A DNA stretch of 64,000 bases from Parcubacteria bacterium C7867-001 (GCA_001189095.1 LFCK01000002.1:1937-65936); one strand, 5' to 3'; positions 31,228-40,578 are shown, counted from the stretch's first letter. The notes: generated from the sequence alone by a model not told the origin. A program made the numbers and translations.

Positions 31228-32112
31228 ATGGAGTATCCCTATAAACCTCAAGGAGAGCGGACGCCCGATACACAGTATCGGGATCGACTCCGCACCATTC
31301 TTGAAACAGGAGTCCGTGTTGCCGACACGCCGCAAGGCGTTGGGGCACTCACCTGCTTTGGCACCCTTTCCCCGATGGTATTCGATCTTTCAAATGGCGT
31401 TCCGCTCATCACTGAACGGAGTATCGGCTTTTGGCGGAAACCGGTGGCGGAAATAATCGCGTTCATGAACGGCGCGCGTACGATTCCGGAACTCGAAGCC
31501 TTTGGCTGCGATTTCTGGGGCGACTACCGCGGCAAAGGAAGCGAGCTCGGCCTCGACGCCGACGACCTTGGTCCGGGTTCCTATGGCCCCGGATTCCATG
31601 ACTTTGAAATTCCGGGCGGAGGTTTTCTTAATCAGTTCGCGCAAGTCGTTGACCAGATTAAGACGTATCCTTCGATTCGCACGCACTTGGTATCACCTTG
31701 GAAGCCGTATTACACGGCGCGCGGTCCAAACCGTAAAGTCATCGTGGCACCCTGCCACGGCTGGCTCCACTTCCGCGTGATCGACGGCAAGCTCCACATG
31801 CGGATGGACCAACGTTCGGCGGACATGCCAATCGGCGTCCCTTCGAACATGATCCAATACGCTGCGGTCCTGCTCATGGTGTCGCAGGTAACGGGGATTC
31901 CTCCCGGAACCTACATCCACAGCTTTGCGGATGCGCACATCTACGAAGACCAAGTTGAAAAGGTGCAGAAGCTCCTCGAACGCGAGCCACGGCCCTTTCC
32001 GGTCATGAAACTCGATCCTTCGATCACTGACCTGTTCGCGTTTCGACCCGAACATTTTACGATCGAAGAATACGACCCGCATAAGGGAATGCTCATTCCC
32101 TATCGGCCCTAA
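31228..32112 (+). CDS. thyA: thymidylate synthase (divergent)
   Basis: APCH, QRSAD, GVPSN, DAHIY. Confidence 0.9.
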   Translation: MEYPYKPQGERTPDTQYRDRLRTILETGVRVADTPQGVGALTCFGTLSPMVFDLSNGVPLITERSIGFWRKPVAEIIAFMNGARTIPELEAFGCDFWGDYRGKGSELGLDADDLGPGSYGPGFHDFEIPGGGFLNQFAQVVDQIKTYPSIRTHLVSPWKPYYTARGPNRKVIVAPCHGWLHFRVIDGKLHMRMDQRSADMPIGVPSNMIQYAAVLLMVSQVTGIPPGTYIHSFADAHIYEDQVEKVQKLLEREPRPFPVMKLDPSITDLFAFRPEHFTIEEYDPHKGMLIPYRP

Positions 32113-32178
32113 TGCGTACGCCCTCCCGAAACGGGAGGGCGTTTTCGTTTGTGAAAGTTCGCGTGGTATAAGAAGCGA

Positions 32179-32643
32179 ATGAAGAAGCCAATGGTGAATA
32201 CCATAAACGCTGATGTGATGCCTCGAAGTGACTACGGTCAGGTACTGAAAGCAATCTTGAAAGAGGGTCTCTGCCCATTTTGTGAAAAAAACTTGTTCCG
32301 TCATCACTCCAAACCCATTCTCATAAAAACAAAGCACTGGTTGGTGACCGAAAACGCTTGGCCGTATGAGGGGACGAAACACCACTTCGTTTTCATTGTT
32401 CGACATCACATCGAGGGCGCCGAACACCTTACACCTCTCATGTGGGCCGATCTTGGTGCTGCATTTAAGAAACTTATAAAGAAAACGAAGATCTCTGGAG
32501 GCTCATTCGTGATGCGTAACGGAAAGATGGAGTACACCGGAGCTTCAGTGCGGCATCTTCATGCGCAATTGATCGTTGGCGTACAACGCTCAAAGCAGAC
32601 CGAGCCCCTCAAGGCCCTCATCGGATACAAACGCAAAAAATAA
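32179..32643 (+). CDS. HIT-superfamily protein, HxHxQ (GalT/Ap4A phosphorylase) type
   Basis: CPFC, ENAWPY, GASVRHLHAQLI. Confidence 0.85.
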   Translation: MKKPMVNTINADVMPRSDYGQVLKAILKEGLCPFCEKNLFRHHSKPILIKTKHWLVTENAWPYEGTKHHFVFIVRHHIEGAEHLTPLMWADLGAAFKKLIKKTKISGGSFVMRNGKMEYTGASVRHLHAQLIVGVQRSKQTEPLKALIGYKRKK

Positions 32644-32654
32644 CTCCTCGCCCA

Positions 32655-33515
32655 TTATGAGCGAGGAGTTTCGATAACGCGGATAATTTCTATCCCGTTA
32701 GCACGCAGCGCATCCGCTCCGTTGATGAGTGAATACCCATCGGCAAAATAAAGACGCCGGATTCCGGACGCCGCGACTGCAGCAGCGCAGGGCGGGCACG
32801 GAAACGTCGTGACGAAGAGATCGCAGCCGCTTGTTGCAATACCGCAGCGAGCAGCTTCAGCAATAATCGCCACTTCCCCATGGAGCGCAGTCGAGACGTC
32901 GATACGCTCGCCCGGCTCAAAGGAGCTGCGGGGGTCGCCTTCAAGGTACGCCGTTTGTTCGTGCGGCACATGCCGATTGAACGCGCTTAGCACCATAACT
33001 CCGTCTCTTGCGAGAACGGCACCTACTTGGCGCCACCAGTCAGGACTTTTAGCCGCTGCTTTTCGGGCTTCTCCAATAAGCGCTCGATCGAGCTCATCGT
33101 ACGAGATCGTTCCTTGTTCAGGAGCCGACGGCTTCGTCGATGCGCTCCAGTCCCAGCGCAGGCGCCATCGGTCATCGTGGATGATTGATAGGTCCTCGCC
33201 GTAGGATCGTCGCCATGCATGCATGACGTCTTCGTCCGGCATGATGATCGAATCAAAGGAGCGGAGCTCCGGTAGAGTTTCGTGCGACAAAATACGAACA
33301 TCCGGAAGAATTCCGAGCGCTTGAATCATTACCGCCGATTCCGCAGGAGTATTGCCTGGCAAATGCTTAACGAGCGATAGATTCTCGGCGACAAACTCGT
33401 CGCCGAGAATGTAGAGCGTCGCTGTCGGGTACGCACGCAGGAACTTGAGGTATCCCGCATGCGGAGACGCGACATACATGACGAGCGCAACATTATTGTT
33501 TTCCGTTGAGCTCAT
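32655..33515 (-). CDS. dCMP-deaminase-family protein with extra N-terminal domain
   Basis: RQVGAV, HGE, FPCPPC zinc motifs; about 130 aa extra N-terminal domain with 'SPHAGY'. Confidence 0.85.
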   Translation of the reverse strand: MSSTENNNVALVMYVASPHAGYLKFLRAYPTATLYILGDEFVAENLSLVKHLPGNTPAESAVMIQALGILPDVRILSHETLPELRSFDSIIMPDEDVMHAWRRSYGEDLSIIHDDRWRLRWDWSASTKPSAPEQGTISYDELDRALIGEARKAAAKSPDWWRQVGAVLARDGVMVLSAFNRHVPHEQTAYLEGDPRSSFEPGERIDVSTALHGEVAIIAEAARCGIATSGCDLFVTTFPCPPCAAAVAASGIRRLYFADGYSLINGADALRANGIEIIRVIETPRS

Positions 33516-34179
33516 TGCGTGCCTCCTCAATCGCCTGCAGCAGTTTCGTTGACACTTTTTCAAGCGTCTCGATCCCACCATCGATGGCTAGAATGCGAAT
33601 GCGCGCAGTTGTCGACGTTTCCGCCTGCGGCGGAAGATTAACGAGATGTTCGCATTGCGCACGTATCGTGTCGTGGTCCGATGGCAGATCCTTCGTTGAT
33701 TCCGAAATGACCCGTACATCGTGATCGATAAGCGTGTAGAGCTGGTTCGCCTCGTACTGCGGAACAAGAATGTCCACAGTGCCGAGTTCGCACAAGATCT
33801 CATAGCGTTCCGCTTCAGGAACGATCGGACGCTTGGGGCCTTTGCGCTGCTTGGTGAGCGCATCGGTATCAACGCCAACCACCATGATGACGTGTTCGGC
33901 ATCTGGATAGAGCTGTCGTGCAGCCTCTTTTCCAGCGCGAATATATTTTGCGTGACCGATGTGGAAGAGATCCCACACGCCGGTTGTAAACGCAATAACG
34001 CAGCCCATAGAGCGGAGCTGCCCAATGACTTCGCTGAGTTCGTCGTGGTTCGGGAAGAACTTGTCGTCGAATTTCGCGTTGCCCTTGAGAATACGCGCTG
34101 CCCGCAACTGCGTCGGGTTCACGCGCTTTGAGTTTCGAGCGCCGGCTGTAGTAGATGCCTTTGCCATTGCATCGTCCAT
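33493..34179 (-). CDS. HIGH-motif adenylyl/cytidylyltransferase (RfaE domain II/TagD-like)
   Basis: TTGVWDLFHIGH, VGVDTD, KGPKRPIVPEAER, TSTT; GGAGGTG SD. Confidence 0.88.
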   Translation of the reverse strand: MDDAMAKASTTAGARNSKRVNPTQLRAARILKGNAKFDDKFFPNHDELSEVIGQLRSMGCVIAFTTGVWDLFHIGHAKYIRAGKEAARQLYPDAEHVIMVVGVDTDALTKQRKGPKRPIVPEAERYEILCELGTVDILVPQYEANQLYTLIDHDVRVISESTKDLPSDHDTIRAQCEHLVNLPPQAETSTTARIRILAIDGGIETLEKVSTKLLQAIEEARNELNGKQ

Positions 34180-34272
34180 GATACACCTCCAATGAACAAC
34201 GAGCCTGCCGAGAGAGTACCTTCGGTAAAGCTGCTTGTGCAACGAGCAAAGACGTGTCGTATAGTTTGTCTC

Positions 34273-34704
34273 ATGGATGAACTCCTAGGCGACCGACAGA
34301 CCTTCATCACCTACGTTCCCTTACGCACGGAAGTTCGCGCGCTCGACAACATCTCCCTTCCTCGAGGTGCGAATGTATACGAAATCGCGCCGCGCGCAGC
34401 CCTTGATCCGGTAGCTGAAGCGGCAGCGACACTCCGTACTGCAGGCGAAACGAAAACCGTCATACTCATTCCCGGTCGGAAATTCGATGCGGCAGGCACT
34501 CGGCACGGGCAAGGTGGCGGATGGTACGACCGTTTTCTTGCTCGAGTTCCGCGAGAGTGGCTGCGTGTCGGCTTCTGTTTCGAGCAGCAATTCTCGAACG
34601 AACCACTCCCCCGCGAGAACTGGGATCAAACAATGGATATCGTCTGCGTCGTCCGCAAGGATGGAATACTAGAAGTACGGGATATTCGTGCTAAGGTTCC
34701 GTAG
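34273..34704 (+). CDS. 5-formyltetrahydrofolate cyclo-ligase (short)
   Basis: LIPGRKFDAAGTRHGQGGGWYDRFL, LPRENWD. Confidence 0.85.
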   Translation: MDELLGDRQTFITYVPLRTEVRALDNISLPRGANVYEIAPRAALDPVAEAAATLRTAGETKTVILIPGRKFDAAGTRHGQGGGWYDRFLARVPREWLRVGFCFEQQFSNEPLPRENWDQTMDIVCVVRKDGILEVRDIRAKVP

Positions 34705-34721
34705 GATTTATGGAGGACAAA

Positions 34722-35231
34722 ATGAATCACCGCATCAGTATGATCGCCGCACTTGGCACGGACACCCGCGCCATCGGCAAAGGCAACGATCTCATCTGGG
34801 ACATTCCACAAGACAAGAAGCGTTTCCGCACGATTACCAAAGGTCATCCGGTCATCATGGGTCGGAAGACGTGGGAGTCGCTACCGACGCAATTCCGTCC
34901 CTTGCCGGGGCGGGCGAACATCGTCATCTCGCGTGACCCAAACTACGAAGCGATCGGCGCCGTGTCCTGCACGTCGCTCGTAAAAGCGCTCGAAATCGCA
35001 CACTTGGCGCCCGGCAGCGATGAGATATTCATCATCGGCGGCGGCGAGATATACAAGGAAGGCCTCGCGCATGCGGACCGCCTCTATCTCACGCTTGTTG
35101 AGAGCAAAGCTGCGGGTGATGTGTTCTTTCCCTCATACGATGAGTTTACGAAAGCCATCGAGCGAGTGTCGTACTCGTATTTTAAAGACGGCATTCGTTT
35201 GCCGTATACTTTTCTAACGCTTGAACGATAA
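34722..35231 (+). CDS. folA: dihydrofolate reductase
   Basis: IGKGNDLIW, VIMGRKTWES, RPLPGR, IIGGGEIY, GDVFFP. Confidence 0.97.
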   Translation: MNHRISMIAALGTDTRAIGKGNDLIWDIPQDKKRFRTITKGHPVIMGRKTWESLPTQFRPLPGRANIVISRDPNYEAIGAVSCTSLVKALEIAHLAPGSDEIFIIGGGEIYKEGLAHADRLYLTLVESKAAGDVFFPSYDEFTKAIERVSYSYFKDGIRLPYTFLTLER

Positions 35232-35279
35232 ACGAAAACGCCGGCGCGTAGCGCCGGCGTTTCCCTTTTGGAGTTTTCT

Positions 35280-35702
35280 TTACTTTACGTCGATACCCAT
35301 ACTTCGAGCCGTACCTTCAATGATGCGGTCCGCTGCTTCAGGAGATGCTGCCGTAAGGTCAGGGAGCTTCTGTTGGCTGACGGCTCGTACCTGCGCCTTT
35401 GAAAGCGTTGCGACTGCCTTGCTGCCACCTGCTTTACCCGAACCCTTCTCGATACCGAGGATCTTGAGGATGAGGCGGGACGCTGGCGGAGTCTTAAGGA
35501 CGAAGGAGAACGTGCGGTCCTCGTAGACCGAAAGGTCGACTGGAATGATGTCGCCCATCTTGTCGCGAGTTGCTTCGTTGAACTTGTTCACGAAGTCGCC
35601 GATGTTGACGCCTGCGGGACCAAGCACGGTACCCACCGGCGGAGCCGGAGTCGCTTTCCCTGCTGGGATCTGGAGCTTAATGAGTTTTACTACTTTAGGC
35701 AT
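35280..35702 (-). CDS. rplK: 50S ribosomal protein L11
   Basis: [19 protein letters not shown]. Confidence 0.98.
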   Translation of the reverse strand: MPKVVKLIKLQIPAGKATPAPPVGTVLGPAGVNIGDFVNKFNEATRDKMGDIIPVDLSVYEDRTFSFVLKTPPASRLILKILGIEKGSGKAGGSKAVATLSKAQVRAVSQQKLPDLTAASPEAADRIIEGTARSMGIDVK

Positions 35703-35737
35703 AGTGGAATGACTTTACGCGAGAGGATAAGAAAAGT

Positions 35738-36307
35738 CTACACTTTTCGTATTTGAAGGAAATCGAGCTCGACCGGCGTCTCGCGACCGAACATGGCGAC
35801 AAGCACCTTCACCTTGCCGCGCTCCTCGTCGACTTCACCGACCTTACCCTCGAGGTCCTTGAATGGGCCGTCGGTAATAGCAACGTGGTCATCCTTCATG
35901 AGGTCGATGCGGTGCTTCGGAGCTTCTGCGCCCATGCGCTTCATAAGGGAGGAGATTTCCGCTTCCTCCATCGGAACGGGCGTCGTGCCCGAACCGACAA
36001 AGCCCGTCACGCGCGGCGTGTTGCGGACAACGAACCACGAATCCTCGTCGACAATCATCTTAACGAGAATGTAGCCCGGATAAATCTTTTCTTCCTCGAC
36101 AACGCGCTTCCCTGCCTTCACGCGAATCTTCTTTTCCGTCGGGACGACGACTTCGAAAATCTTGCTTTCCATGCCAAGCGATTCGATGCGCTGCTTCAAG
36201 TTACGCTCCACGGCATTCTCATAGCCTGCGTAGGTATGGATGGTGTACCAGCGCGGCTCGCTGTTAAGCGCGTCTTCGGAAAAATTTGGAGTGGTGTGGG
36301 TTTCCAT
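35738..36307 (-). CDS. nusG: transcription factor NusG
   Basis: WYTIHTYAGYE, RNTPRVTGFVG, FGRETPVEL. Confidence 0.98.
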   Translation of the reverse strand: METHTTPNFSEDALNSEPRWYTIHTYAGYENAVERNLKQRIESLGMESKIFEVVVPTEKKIRVKAGKRVVEEEKIYPGYILVKMIVDEDSWFVVRNTPRVTGFVGSGTTPVPMEEAEISSLMKRMGAEAPKHRIDLMKDDHVAITDGPFKDLEGKVGEVDEERGKVKVLVAMFGRETPVELDFLQIRKV

Positions 36308-36318
36308 AGAGAATCGGA

Positions 36319-36504
36319 TTACTGGCTAATAATCTGCGCGACACCCGTTGTGAAGAGGTAATCGAGACCTGCAATGAAGAGCGCGACCACCACCGAGATA
36401 ATGATGATGAGCACGGTGTTCGAGACGCCCTTCTGCCAACTTGGCCAGACGACATGCGAGAGCTCCGTGCGAACATGCGAGAGATACGAGACAAGTGATT
36501 TCAT
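36319..36504 (-). CDS. secE: preprotein translocase SecE
   Basis: ELSHVVWP plus one TM; secE-nusG-rplK synteny. Confidence 0.93.
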   Translation of the reverse strand: MKSLVSYLSHVRTELSHVVWPSWQKGVSNTVLIIIISVVVALFIAGLDYLFTTGVAQIISQ

Positions 36505-36630
36505 AGGGTGGGCTATTTAAAAACGCCCCTTCGGGCGCGTACGTTGGCAATTATACTCCTTTCCACACATGCGTCAAATGACTACGGGCGCCACGCAAAG
36601 CGTGGCGCCCGTGTCCCTTTCCCTGAAATC

Positions 36631-37011
36631 CTAGCCGGCGAGACCCTTCGCGACGAGCATTTGCACGCGCGCGCTGATCTTCGGACCGAAGTCCCCTTCA
36701 CGGCAGCCGTCGTCGAGGACGCGAACCGCCATGCGGAGATACGCCGGCGTGAGCGTGCGTTCTTCGATCATCGTGACGATGTCGTTGAGCGCGAGCGAGC
36801 GTTGCGAGCGGACCGATTGACCCTTCGGGTAGTAGAGCGTACGCACGGCACGCTTCCACTTTTCGAGAGTCGCGGTATCCGGTTGGGCGGTTGGCTTCGC
36901 CGGCACAACGAGACGCAGTTCGTTCCGGCGAGCCGGAAGTTGCGAGATCTCACCGCGGGCGAGTCGGTCGCCGAGGGATTCGGGATGGGACGTTTTCGCA
37001 GCAGCAGCCAT
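36631..37011 (-). CDS. hypothetical protein
   Basis: 126 aa, AGGAG SD, consensus promoter upstream. Confidence 0.55.
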   Translation of the reverse strand: MAAAAKTSHPESLGDRLARGEISQLPARRNELRLVVPAKPTAQPDTATLEKWKRAVRTLYYPKGQSVRSQRSLALNDIVTMIEERTLTPAYLRMAVRVLDDGCREGDFGPKISARVQMLVAKGLAG

Positions 37012-37078
37012 GAGAGGCTCCTATCTGTGCCTGACCTAAACAGTGTTGAGGTGGGTCAGGGGTCACCTGCTAATTTAT

Positions 37079-37107
37079 AGTATATAACACTATATACTAT
37101 AAGTCAA
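37079..37107 (-). promoter_or_regulatory. sigma70 promoter
   Basis: TTGACT-17-TATACT. Confidence 0.72.
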
Positions 37108-37162
37108 GAGCATGAAAAACGGCCTATTCAGGCCGTTTTTCATGCTCTTGCGAGACTGGGTT

Positions 37163-37963
37163 TTAGCGAATCTCGTAGGTGATCGAAACCGAGACGTTCG
37201 TCTCGTTCTGTCCTACCGGAAGATTCGGTGCTGCCTCAACAGCAGCGTCCATGGCTACACCACCCTTTCCGTATCCGTACATCATCGGATACCCGCCGCC
37301 ATTCTCAGAGAATGCGACGACTTTACCAAGACGAACGCCAAGCTGCTTCGCAAGCTTCTCCGCCTTTTCTCGAGCGTCTTCAATGGCTTTGCCGCGAGCT
37401 TCAGCGGTTACTTCGCTTGTGTCGTCGACGGTAAAGTTCGGTCCCGAGATATTCTGAACACCGAGCTTACCGAGACCCGCGAGAACCTCGCCCGCCTTCG
37501 CGGTATCGCGAACCTTAACTTCGATAGACTCCGTAACTTCATAGCCGATGATCTTTGAGGACTGCTGGATGCAGTAGACTCCCGGCGAGCAGTTCTGCGT
37601 CTCGTACTTCGGATAGACGTTATAACCGGATGCCTGTACATCCTTATCATCGATATCCTGCGACTTTACGAATTCGAGCGCAGCATTTGCCTTCTTCGTT
37701 GCAGCAGCCTGAGCATCAGCGACGGTCGCTGCTGATTCAGTGACCGAGAACGAGATGTGTGCGATGTTCGGAACCGCAGCGCTCTTCCCTGTTCCCGAGA
37801 CGGTAATCGTATTCGAGTACGGAATATTCGAGCGGCCGAAATCGCTTATCGCATTGAGCGAAATGACGAGCAGGAAGACGGCGAGAAGCCCGAGAGCGGC
37901 CGTAGCTGCATAGCGAACCGGTCGGCTCGCCGCAACGATTTTATCTATAACTGAATCATTCAT
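37163..37963 (-). CDS. SIMPL (DUF541) domain protein
   Basis: ITVSGTG...AIEDAREKAEKLAKQLGVRLG...VSITYEI. Confidence 0.92.
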   Translation of the reverse strand: MNDSVIDKIVAASRPVRYAATAALGLLAVFLLVISLNAISDFGRSNIPYSNTITVSGTGKSAAVPNIAHISFSVTESAATVADAQAAATKKANAALEFVKSQDIDDKDVQASGYNVYPKYETQNCSPGVYCIQQSSKIIGYEVTESIEVKVRDTAKAGEVLAGLGKLGVQNISGPNFTVDDTSEVTAEARGKAIEDAREKAEKLAKQLGVRLGKVVAFSENGGGYPMMYGYGKGGVAMDAAVEAAPNLPVGQNETNVSVSITYEIR

Positions 37964-38046
37964 GGAAAATCTATGAGGGTTAATAAGCGTTTAGACGAAC
38001 AAAGTCTATCACGCTTACCGATACGGTTTTATGCTAGGCTTTTCGC

Positions 38047-38775
38047 ATGTACACCCTACCTGTGATCGGCATCGCGCTCGCCGCCTGCCTTGCAACCTTC
38101 ATCGGCGGCAGCATCGCGCTCAAGCTTAAAAATAAGATCCATCTCGTCCTCGGATTCTCCGCCGGAGCGGTTGTTGCTGTTGCCCTCTTCGATCTTCTTC
38201 CTGAGGCAATTGAGCTTGGTGAAGGTTTCTTCTCAACCACGACCCTTTTGCTCTGGGCTGCTATAGGCTTCTTCGCGTATCTCGTACTCGATCGCACCAT
38301 CATCATGCACACGCATCATGACGATGGACATGATCACGAGAAGCGCGGGAAGCTTGGCGCCGGCACACTCTCCCTACACAGTTTCATCGACGGACTCGCC
38401 ATCGGTGTCGCCTTTCAAGCCTCGGTGCCTGTCGGCCTTGTCGTCGCGGCCGCAGTCCTCACACACGACTTCTCGGACGGAATCAACACCGTGAACCTCA
38501 TTCTCAAGAACGGCGGCACACGCAAAGAGGCGATGAGGTGGCTCATACTTGATTCGCTCGCACCGGTACTCGGCGTCCTCTCGACACTCTTCTTCACTCT
38601 CCCGCAGGAGTGGTTGGCGCTCGTACTTGCAACGTTCGCTGGATTCTTCCTCTATATTGGTGCTTCAGATCTCATTCCCGAGAGTCATCATGCCCACCCT
38701 AAATTTCTTACGACCATCATGACGCTCCTTGGCGCTGCTGTGCTGTATGTCGTCGTACGTATTGCGGGAGTCTAG
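38047..38775 (+). CDS. ZIP family metal transporter
   Basis: His-rich loop, HSFIDGLAIG, HDFSDG, SDLIPE. Confidence 0.93.
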   Translation: MYTLPVIGIALAACLATFIGGSIALKLKNKIHLVLGFSAGAVVAVALFDLLPEAIELGEGFFSTTTLLLWAAIGFFAYLVLDRTIIMHTHHDDGHDHEKRGKLGAGTLSLHSFIDGLAIGVAFQASVPVGLVVAAAVLTHDFSDGINTVNLILKNGGTRKEAMRWLILDSLAPVLGVLSTLFFTLPQEWLALVLATFAGFFLYIGASDLIPESHHAHPKFLTTIMTLLGAAVLYVVVRIAGV

Positions 38776-38776
38776 G

Positions 38777-39448
38777 CTACTGAGAGAGCTGGATAGTTCC
38801 AAGAAGTGAGAGAAGTGCCTTGTGCGAGGGAAGCTCCTCAAGTACGAGTTTCGGATTGGTCCAGTCAAACACATTGCGCTCGATGACTTCAAAACGAAGG
38901 ACGTCCTTCTCGCGCGCGAGATAGTACTCGGTGTGAATGATTGCTTCGAATCGTTCGACGGTTATCACGTAGAACGTGTGCGTACCAATTGTTTTCTTCT
39001 TGAATTCAGAAATTGACTGAGGCTGATTTCCTGAAGTTTCAAACATGGTGTTCGCGAGAATCGCGTCAGTCGCCTTCTTCCCTTCCGGAATCGGATACCG
39101 GCGAATAACAAGCGAGTCAGGAGGAGTCGTAGTTCCCTGCTTATCGAGTACGACACGTAACGTTTCGTCTGGACCTATAGCGTCCGGATTCGAGACAAAG
39201 CCATTCGGAATAACGAACCCGAGTCCGATGGCCGCATCTTCAGCGTTCGGCAGCGGGCAAGCCGGAAATGCGCAGTTCGGACCTTGGCGACCAAGCCCCG
39301 TACCGTCAGGGCAAATTTTCGCATCGAGTGTGCAGACCGTTTGGTTATTGTTTCCGTTCGGCGCTGGATGCTCAAGCGTGTTGCGGTAGAAGAATCCGCC
39401 GAGGCCGATGAGAATGATGAGTACGATACCGAGAAGGAGTCCTTTCAT
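38777..39448 (-). CDS. membrane-anchored protein with CTxDAKxCPDG cysteine motif
   Basis: TM anchor, CTLDAKICPDG...GPNCAFPACP. Confidence 0.7.
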   Translation of the reverse strand: MKGLLLGIVLIILIGLGGFFYRNTLEHPAPNGNNNQTVCTLDAKICPDGTGLGRQGPNCAFPACPLPNAEDAAIGLGFVIPNGFVSNPDAIGPDETLRVVLDKQGTTTPPDSLVIRRYPIPEGKKATDAILANTMFETSGNQPQSISEFKKKTIGTHTFYVITVERFEAIIHTEYYLAREKDVLRFEVIERNVFDWTNPKLVLEELPSHKALLSLLGTIQLSQ

Positions 39449-39449
39449 A

Positions 39450-39839
39450 TTATTTCTTGAGCGCGTCGCGGATCTGTTCGAGCACAATAAGCTCCTCACT
39501 TTTCTTCGGCGCTTCTGCCGCGACCTCTTTTTGCTTCTGCAGCTTATTGAGACCCTTGAGCGCTAGAAAGAGTACGAATGCGATGATGACGAAATCGAGC
39601 ATTGCCTGCAGGAATACGCCGTACTTGATGAGTACTGGAGCGCCAATTCCCGTTTGAAGCGCAAATGCGAGGTCCGAGAAGTTCACTCCCCCGATGAGGA
39701 AGCCTACCGGCGGCATGATAATGTCTTCCACGAGCGAAGATACGATTTTGCCAAACGCTGCGCCGATGATAACCGCGAACGCGAGATCAATGACGTTGCC
39801 GCGCATCGCGAACGCCTTAAATTCTTGGATGAGTTTCAT
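39450..39839 (-). CDS. mscL: large-conductance mechanosensitive channel
   Basis: [23 protein letters not shown]. Confidence 0.97.
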   Translation of the reverse strand: MKLIQEFKAFAMRGNVIDLAFAVIIGAAFGKIVSSLVEDIIMPPVGFLIGGVNFSDLAFALQTGIGAPVLIKYGVFLQAMLDFVIIAFVLFLALKGLNKLQKQKEVAAEAPKKSEELIVLEQIRDALKK

Positions 39840-39888
39840 ATACGGGGAGTATAACAAAACGGGAGGATCAAAGATCCTCCCGTTTGAC

Positions 39889-40452
39889 TTAGGCCACGAG
39901 TGACCGCGCGAGCGGCATGGTCGTGTGGACGACCCATTCGTTCGCTTTGCGTTCATAGAGCGTGACGGCCGGAACCTGTATTTCCATCGGAAATGCCGGA
40001 ACCTTGGACGCCTGAAACGCGTCCCAGACCTGCTCGTAGTACTTCGTCTTGAACTGCCGCGCAAGACTCACGTGCGGCGTGAAGTGCCGGTGATTGTCGC
40101 GACCGAGGTAGTAGAGAGCCGCGTTATGTAGCGCTCTAAGCTCCTCAAGGCAATGGTCGCCGATTTTTGCATAGACAACTTCATCGTCGAAATGATCGAG
40201 ACCGACGAGTGAAAACGTGAGCGGTTGAACGTTGCCAATGAGCGCAAGGCCGCGTTCGACCTGATCGATTCCTTTGGTCGTCTCGATTTCGAAGGGAGAG
40301 ACGAGTGTGAGATGAAGCGGGGCGAGACCCTGACTTATCTTCACGTCGACGCCCTGCTTGGTGAGTTTTTCCTGCGCTTCGGTTTGCAGCATCCAGAGAC
40401 GATCGGCAGCGCCTTTCGGTAAATGGATGCCCAAGAAATAGCGAGTTCCCAT
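39889..40452 (-). CDS. 2H phosphoesterase (2'-5' RNA ligase family)
   Basis: Two HxT/S motifs: LHLTLV and PHVSLA. Confidence 0.88.
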   Translation of the reverse strand: MGTRYFLGIHLPKGAADRLWMLQTEAQEKLTKQGVDVKISQGLAPLHLTLVSPFEIETTKGIDQVERGLALIGNVQPLTFSLVGLDHFDDEVVYAKIGDHCLEELRALHNAALYYLGRDNHRHFTPHVSLARQFKTKYYEQVWDAFQASKVPAFPMEIQVPAVTLYERKANEWVVHTTMPLARSLVA

Positions 40453-40578
40453 TCCACAATCCTCCATCGAGCGTGATGCCCGATCTTGCTCGAGCATACG
40501 AGCTTTTTTGAATTATTCAAATACCGCTGGGCAATACTCATGCGCTGTGCTTAGATTTTGGCAGAACGGAGAAAACAC

